From contig NZ_CP178826.1 in the NCBI RefSeq assembly GCF_047323245.1, positions 4,058,807 through 4,082,806 on the forward strand: a stretch of 24,000 bases of DNA. Reading direction: 5' to 3'. The translations under genes and the position numbers were made by a program. Below are positions 17,964 through 24,000 of the stretch, in pieces. The notes beneath the pieces are model-generated. The model was not told the origin of the DNA and ran no database searches. It saw nothing but the letters and a program-made list of their open reading frames with translations. The DNA comes from Psychromonas sp. KJ10-10 (GTDB lineage Bacteria > Pseudomonadota > Gammaproteobacteria > Enterobacterales > Psychromonadaceae). Positions within the stretch are counted from its first letter, which is position 1, and each line of letters opens with the position of its first letter.

Positions 17964-20741
17964 TTATTTAGCTTTATATTGGCTATGTGATGTTTTGATT
18001 TTGTAGAATGTTGCTTGTACATAGTCTTCAGGGTCACCAGAGTTATTCTGGTTGTAAACACCTGCTTTAAAGTACATGTAACGACCGCCTTGGTCATAAC
18101 CACTCTTACTCATATCAACAACTTGTACTGCATCTGGTTTACCATCACGCATAACAGTTACTGTCATTGTGTTACCAACCACTTCAATGCGGTAAGAGAA
18201 TACTTCACCTAGCGCGATACCATCATCACTTTCACCCGTCATGCCACCAACAAGTTCGAAGAATTTATCTGAACCTTCTAGGGTGTTTTCATGTGCGAAG
18301 TAAACTGTACCTTTTTCGCGGTTAGGTAATTTGCGGTAGTACAAACGAATCGGCTCATCATCTTTATCATGTATTTGACCAATAATGAATCGACCAACTT
18401 GACCTAACTCACCTGTTGTTGTTGTGTGGTCAATTTTTAATGTCGCTTCTAGTACACCATCAATAGCCGCAGCTGACTTCTAAATCAGCTTTAGGCGATG
18501 AACTGAATACCCAGTTGTTTTTGTTAACACCTTGAGTAGCGATTGATGCATCACCTTTACGTAGCATTTCACGTAATTCAGTACGTACGTATTTAGTGTT
18601 TTTAGAAGTACGAACACCTTTAATGTACGACATAAATGTTAAACCACCATCAGCGACAGTGTAAAAGTGCTCTGGATGCTCATAACCTTGTGCTAAATGC
18701 CATTCCTGTACATCATCAGGCTTACCATTATTATCATGGTCGAAAGGTTGTGATAAATACCACGTTGTTAAGTCAAAGTTCTGACCTGGTTTGTTACCTG
18801 GTAAAGGCTTAGCCGGAATAGTCGGAGAAGGAAGTGGACTTTCCCACCACTGACAATCAGCATCTGCTGACAACACAAGAACAATCAGAAACAGCTGGGT
18901 CACAAATTAAAGGAACATGCGTACCAAAGTCTCCTGGACGTTCTGTATGTAGAATACTTAACTTAGAGAAAGTAGCTTCAAATGCACCACCTGAACTTTT
19001 ATAGATTTGTGGGTATAAACCAGCTTTAAAGTAGAATTTCTCTTTCTTCCAAGCCGAATCTAATTCTTTACCAAAAGTTAGCTTTTTAGTAACACCACCA
19101 GCGACAAGTTCAATACCTTTGTCAGTCATCTTAATCATGTAGCTCCAAGGTTTACTTGGATCTGCAATCTTACCTAACTTAACTGAAAAAGCGCTTTTCT
19201 CAGTTGATTTATTTAAGATAACACGAACTGGTTTCTTCGAACCTTCCCATAATAATTTAACAGTCGCGACATGCACATCTTTAGCATGAATTTGACCTAA
19301 AACGACTTTTGGTGCATCCGGCGTTTTACCATCTTTTTTAAGCGGATTCGCAGGAATTTCATCTAAGGTTAAAGTTGCGGTTAAAATATGATCGCCACCG
19401 TAACCCCAGTTAGCTTTAGGACTTTCGTCACAAGGTTTCCACTTATTACCTAATTCACGTAATTCACTACGGATATAAGTAGAGTTAGGTGTTGTTGTGC
19501 CACCTACTAATGGAGTACGGAAGTGCCAACCCTTTGCATCAGCCCAAAAATAAGGGTTCTTAACATCAGTATTTAGAGATGATTTATCTAGGCTACAGTT
19601 ACCAGGTAGGATTTCAGCGACAGATTCAGCTTTCGTACCTTGCATAGTAAAGTATTTAGTCGCATCTTTACCCTTCACACTTGAAGCATAAAAGCTTTCA
19701 TTTGTAGCAGGTATTGTTAACTTCCAATTATCTAGCGTAGTCACTTTACCGACATGCTTAATCGCTTTTGCTTTCTCAGCTTTTGCTTTGGCATTTGCAA
19801 TTACATCTGCAGTAATAATATGTTCAACAGGGCAATCGTTAATTTCACAGTTTAGACCCGCTAATTCTGTCACACTATTCCAAGTGTTTGATGTATTACC
19901 TTTACCAACATATTTAACGTAACGTGCTTGTACTGGCTTTTTAAACTCAAAACGTTCGTAACCTAATACTTCACCAGAGCTGGCGACATCAACTAGGACT
20001 TCTTGCCAAGTTTTACCATCTTTACTGACTTCAATGTTAAATTTAGTAGAGCGTTGATCGCCCTTATGGAATGAAGCACGTATTGCATCAAAAGTAGTTA
20101 CTTTACCGTAATCTAGTGTTGCCCATGATTCACCATTAGCAGACCAACGTGTTTTTATATCGTTATCATATAGGCGATCAGGACCATTTCCATCATGGTT
20201 CGCTTGATTCAACAGCAACCGGTACTAATACTTCTTCAAGCTTTTGAGCACATTTATCAACTTTACAGTTAACACCTACAAATTCAGTGATACTGTTCCA
20301 CTTATTCGATGTGTTACCAAAACCAACAAATTTAATATATTGCGCGCTAACATCTGCAAAATCAAAGCGCTCTAAGTCCGTTGATTTACCTGAACTGTCA
20401 GCTTGTTCAATAACTTTAGTCCAATTACTGCCATCAGCACTCACTTCAATATCAAATTTACTTGAACGAGCATCACCTTTATAGAAAGCGACTTTAACAG
20501 CATTAAAATTAACTTTTTTGCCATAGTCATAAGTAACTGACTCACCTGGGCCATTTGCAGACCAGCGAGTTTTAAGATCTAAATCTAATGTATGTTCAGG
20601 CACATTACCATCATGACTAGATGCAGTAACACCCATCGGTAATGGCGTAGGGACGCCAGCCATATCATCGGTCATTGCACAACCGGCCAAAGCTACTACA
20701 ATAGAAGTAGCTAAGTACTGTTTTAGTTTATAATGTTTCAT
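17964..20741 (-). pseudogene. Secreted lipoprotein alginate lyase, CBM32-CBM32-PL7-PL7 architecture, three frame breaks
   Basis: ATG 20739-20741 (AGGA SD) gives MKHYKLKQYLATSIVVALAGC (lipobox LAGC). There are two F5/8 type C (CBM32-like) modules (…KTRWSANG…KFDIEVSADGSNW…, …KTRWSANG…KFNIEVSKDGKTW…). PL7 module 1 has RSELRE, GQIHAKD and YFKAGLYPQ. PL7 module 2 has RTELREM, GQIHDKD and YFKAGVYNQ. Frame changes are near 20200-20215, 18866-18880 and 18462-18475. Confidence 0.85.
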
Positions 20742-21264
20742 CAAAAGTCCTATTTATGAAAAAAACGATCCGGATATTATTCATATCAACAAACCAACTA
20801 ATAATTTCGTAGCAATTCCAAAAATAAGTCATTTACTTAGTTAATGAAATGGCTATTAGCCAAAGCGTAAATAGTCCATTACTCAAAATTATCTTGGCTC
20901 TCTCCCCGACAAGATACATCATCTTGTATTACAAGAAATGGCAAATGTTTAATAATTGGATCGTAATCACTCTAAATAAATAATTGATATTTCGCTCTTA
21001 GAAAGAAAAATAATGATGTTACTGGTATCAATAGCAACCAGCTATAGGTTTAGATTAAGAGTCATTATATTTACCTAACCTTCTGAAAAGTAATAAGATA
21101 AATAATATTTATGCAATTTCAGTTGATTTTTTAAGTAGCGATTGTTTTCTTCTGAAAATCTAAAAAGCATCAATTTGATAAAAACCCCTCGATAAATACC
21201 ATGAAATTAATTGATGTGATGTAGGACAAGTAATTGGCTTTATTGTTGAAACACATTCATGCGC

Positions 21265-22144
21265 TTAAATATTCAAATGAGCTAATACCCTTTGATATCG
21301 TGATGCTAATTCTCGCCCTTTTTTATGTACTAAATATAAAGGTTCAGAAACAATTGTATTAGCTTGATGAACGTGTAATAACTCGGGTAAAGCAAATGCA
21401 TTTAATGCACTTTGAGGTAATACAGTAAACCCAATTCCCTGAGAAATAGGCACTAAGATTTGACTTAATTGGTTAATGTACCCCGCCGATGGCACCTTTT
21501 CAGGATTGATTTTATCAAGGCCGGGTTCATTACAGTGGCTAAAATATAACGACAGGTAATACAGTGCATCAGGATGAGAGATTAAACCACATTCCATTAA
21601 TAGTTCTGGCGTTAAGGGTTTATTTTCTAAGGACTTTGGTAAAATCAATGCAAGGACTTCTGTACCACAATTTTCACTGTTAAATAAATGTTCACTTGGT
21701 TTATCTGTAACAATACCTAAATCAAACAGTCCTGATTGAACTCCTTCTAAAATGCGTTTTTTAGGCGTCGCTTCTATATGAAAAGTTAATTGAGAATATT
21801 GCTTTTGAATCGCTAATAATTGCGGATAAATATGCAAAGCCATTGGCCCAGAACCAGGCAATTCGGCATTCCCCTAAGGTTGAATTATCAAACCCTAAGC
21901 TTTCAATTAATTGTGTTTGTTGCTCCTCAAGTTTTAAAGCATATTGATAAACTCGCCTTCCTTGTTCAGTGACTTCAAAAGTTTTGTTATAACGCTTAAT
22001 TAATGCATGACCACAAATTGCCTCTAACTTAGTGATATGTTGACTCACACCAGGTTGAGTCATAAATAACTTTTCCGCTGTCTGGGTAAAATGTCCGACT
22101 TCCACTAAAGTTTTAAATGTTCGTAGCCAAACAGGATTAAGCAA
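21265..22144 (-). pseudogene. LysR-family transcriptional regulator, one frame break
   Basis: TTG start 22142-22144 with GGAG 7 nt upstream. HTH: LRTFKTLVEVGHFTQTAEKLFMTQPGVSQHITKLE. The substrate-binding domain (PGSGPMALHIYPQLL...) continues in the next frame. Shift ~21855-21866. Confidence 0.82.
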
Positions 22145-22180
22145 GATATTTCTCCATTAATCTAAATCACCAACAAAATC

Positions 22181-22195
22181 ATAACCAAAAATTAT
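22181..22195. promoter_or_regulatory. Possible LysR-type T-N11-A site ATAACCAAAAATTAT in the divergent LysR/VOC intergenic region
   Basis: ATAA-N7-TTAT dyad containing T-N11-A. The region is very AT-rich, so a chance occurrence is plausible. Confidence 0.3.
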
Positions 22196-22289
22196 CATTT
22201 ATATAATTAATCATAATTTATAATTTAAATTGATCAAGTGTATCTTTCTTAAATCAAAACAAACATGTTTACACAAAAGGAAAATATTT

Positions 22290-22796
22290 ATGAAAAACAC
22301 ACCTTATCCACGTAATTTTTCGCACATTGGTATCTCTGTACCTGATTTAGAAGCGACGGTAAAATTTTATACCGAAGTGTTAGGTTGGTACATTATTATG
22401 GAGCCAAGTGAAATTCTTGAGGATGATTCAGCGATCGGTGAAATGTGCACAGATGTATTTGGTGCAGGCTGGGAGCGTTTTCGTATTGCGCATTTATCAA
22501 CGGGCGACCGCATTGGTGTAGAGCTTTTTGAATTTAAAAACCAAGAAAACCCAGAGGATAACTTTGAATACTGGAAAACAGGTATCTTCCACTTCTGTGT
22601 TCAAGATCCAAATGTTGAAGAATTAGCAGAAAAAATCGTCGTCGCTGGTGGTAAAAAGCGCATGAAAGCGCCACGTTATTATTTCCCTGGCGAAAAACCT
22701 TACCGTATGATTTACATGGAAGACCCATTCGGTAATATTCTTGAAATTTATAGCCACAGCTATGAATTGCATTACTCAGCAGGCGCATACAAATAA
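22290..22796 (+). CDS. VOC (glyoxalase/bleomycin-resistance/dioxygenase) family protein
   Basis: FSHIGISVPDLEATVKFYTEVLGW is a typical VOC beta-alpha-beta-beta-beta N-terminus. ATG 22290 has AAGGA upstream, and the ORF-track start at 22230 is probably too early. The gene is divergent from the LysR gene. Confidence 0.75.
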   Translation: MKNTPYPRNFSHIGISVPDLEATVKFYTEVLGWYIIMEPSEILEDDSAIGEMCTDVFGAGWERFRIAHLSTGDRIGVELFEFKNQENPEDNFEYWKTGIFHFCVQDPNVEELAEKIVVAGGKKRMKAPRYYFPGEKPYRMIYMEDPFGNILEIYSHSYELHYSAGAYK

Positions 22797-22827
22797 TACC
22801 CTTTGGCTTAACCAAAGTTGGCATTAA

Positions 22828-22864
22828 CAAAAAGTCCGAGCTTAAATAAGCTCGGACTTTTTTA
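22828..22864. terminator. Bidirectional terminator between the VOC gene (+) and the TerB-family gene (-)
   Basis: A-run, AGTCCGAGCTT-aaat-AAGCTCGGACT, then T-run. Confidence 0.85.
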
Positions 22865-23356
22865 TTTCATTTCATCTAATACTTTTAGTTTGGTACGGAT
22901 AAACTCACTATGTGGCACATAAATGAGCCCTGCAACACGGCGAATAATGGCTTCTTCCATCTCATCTAAGTGGTCATCAGCATAGGCTGTGTGCCACATT
23001 GCTTCAATCACACTAATTCGTGTTTCATGATCAAGCTCTTCCAGTTGAGAAGTAAAATCGAATATAGATGTTGACTCCTGTACTTCCTCCTTAGCGAGGT
23101 TCATCAAAACTTGAACCTGTTCTTTGTCAAGCGCCAGTAATTTTATCAAATTCTTTTCGATACTGATCAACTCAACATCAGAAGTATCATGATTCGCATA
23201 AGCCACAGCACAGAGTAATGAAGCGATGGCAATACGGTTATCTTTTTGTTTATTTTCTTCTTCCACCTTTAAGATAGAAGATAAATAATTGGCTACTTTT
23301 TTATCAAAACAATGCTCTCTTAAATAACAATATATTAAATAGAACATGTTATGCAT
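22862..23356 (-). CDS. TerB-family (tellurite-resistance TerB-like, COG4103-type) protein
   Basis: The pattern ...VAYANHDTSDVELISIEKNL...FDFTSQLEELDHETRISVIEAMWHTAYADDHLDEMEEAIIRRVAGLIYVPHSEFIRTK matches the TerB-like two-repeat helical domain. ATG 23354-23356 lies 3 nt after the GGDEF stop. Confidence 0.65.
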   Translation of the reverse strand: MHNMFYLIYCYLREHCFDKKVANYLSSILKVEEENKQKDNRIAIASLLCAVAYANHDTSDVELISIEKNLIKLLALDKEQVQVLMNLAKEEVQESTSIFDFTSQLEELDHETRISVIEAMWHTAYADDHLDEMEEAIIRRVAGLIYVPHSEFIRTKLKVLDEMK

Positions 23357-23359
23357 CAC

Positions 23360-24000
23360 TTAGCAAGTACTTGAAGATACGGCACTGACGCAGTTTTTAC
23401 CTTTTTGTTTGGATTTATAAACACCTTGATCCGAGAGTTTAATCAAAGCTTCATAATTTTCCAAATCTGCAGTGCGAGCGACCACACCAATACTAATGCT
23501 TCCCTTCCAAGGCTCCCCGCCTGTTTCAACTCTTAATTCAGAGACTTGTTGACGCATAAATTCGGCAACAGAAATACCACCTTCAAAATCTGTATTAGGA
23601 CAAATAACAAGAAATTCATCGCCACCTAGACGGCAAACAATATCATCATTACGCAGGGTATGTTTAAGCATTTTAGCCAGTTCAATTAACACTTCATCTC
23701 CGGCATCATGACCATAGGTATCATTCACCTGTTTAAAATGATCCGCATCTATCATCATGCACACGAGTGGTGTATTTTGCGTAACAGATTCTTGCCATAA
23801 TGCAGATAAACAGCGCATTGCTTTACGACGATTAGGTAATTCTGTTAACGCATCCGTTAAAGAAATCTCTTCAAGATGCTGATTGGCAACTAATAACTCC
23901 TTGGTACGTTCCTTTACCTTTTCTTCTAATGATTGATTCAGTTTCTTAAGCTCTCTATTTTTATCAGAAACCTGTTTAAATAAATTACTTAAAGTTGCAA
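23360..24000 (-). CDS. Diguanylate cyclase (GGDEF domain with RxxD I-site), C-terminal part; 5' end beyond window
   Basis: The frame is open to position 24000. A coiled-coil segment (NRELKKLNQSLEEKVKERTKELLVANQHLEEIS) is followed by LTDALTELPNRR, DADHFKQVNDTYGHDAGD and RNDDIVCRLGGDEFLVI. Confidence 0.88.
   Translation of the reverse strand, partial: ATLSNLFKQVSDKNRELKKLNQSLEEKVKERTKELLVANQHLEEISLTDALTELPNRRKAMRCLSALWQESVTQNTPLVCMMIDADHFKQVNDTYGHDAGDEVLIELAKMLKHTLRNDDIVCRLGGDEFLVICPNTDFEGGISVAEFMRQQVSELRVETGGEPWKGSISIGVVARTADLENYEALIKLSDQGVYKSKQKGKNCVSAVSSSTC

Noticed and set aside
20849-20986. A 45-codon plus-strand ORF (MAISQSVNSPLLKIILALSPTRY...) in the 520-bp spacer upstream of the alginate lyase.
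   Set aside because: It has no Shine-Dalgarno sequence and no recognisable motif, and the region is AT-rich enough for such ORFs to arise by chance. It is kept only as part of the note on that spacer.
974-22144. The homopolymer frameshifts could be programmed frameshifting or phase-variable contingency loci.
   Set aside because: The tracts are short (3-7 nt). No slippery heptamer or downstream structure pattern is shared between sites. Several breaks are in non-repetitive sequence. Genes of unrelated function are all affected.
1-24000. CRISPR arrays, IS elements or MITEs, prophage or defence-system genes.
   Set aside because: I saw no regularly spaced repeats, no transposase, integrase or phage-like ORFs, and no block of uncharacterised genes. 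Every ORF of useful length maps to a known housekeeping, transport, signalling or carbohydrate-active family.

Overview
AT-rich chromosomal segment that looks like a marine gammaproteobacterium (Alteromonadales/Vibrionales-like; this placement is inferred from gene content and synteny). I saw no transposase, integrase, phage gene or CRISPR array. Order of features: trmH-family methyltransferase fragment, rimI, holD (all -), dCMP-deaminase-family gene (+), methyl-accepting chemotaxis protein (+), ybbP/ybbA ABC pair (-) divergent from tesA (+), CPA2 cation/proton antiporter with RCK domain (+), FNT formate/nitrite-family channel (+), PP2C-phosphatase/Ser-Thr-kinase fusion (+), V. fischeri LuxR-like regulator with no luxI (+), e(P4)/class C acid phosphatase (-), tRNA-Trp (-), alternative-type serC (+), gor (+), a ~925-aa lipoprotein alginate lyase with CBM32-CBM32-PL7-PL7 modules (-), LysR regulator (-) divergent from a VOC/glyoxalase-family gene (+), TerB-family gene and a GGDEF diguanylate cyclase (-, runs off the window end). 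The most striking property is that at least 11 of ~20 protein genes need one or more +/-1 frame corrections (about 18 events) to give the family-typical product. About 7 kb of other coding sequence is clean. This is either an indel-prone assembly or real gene decay, and sequence alone cannot decide. Other points worth a second look: two lux-box-like palindromes flank the LuxR homologue; that gene's open ORF hides a compensated double frameshift; the FNT channel sits next to the phosphatase-kinase fusion; and a small family of intergenic hairpins shares a conserved loop sequence. I see no clear novel multi-gene system; every gene is assignable to a known family.
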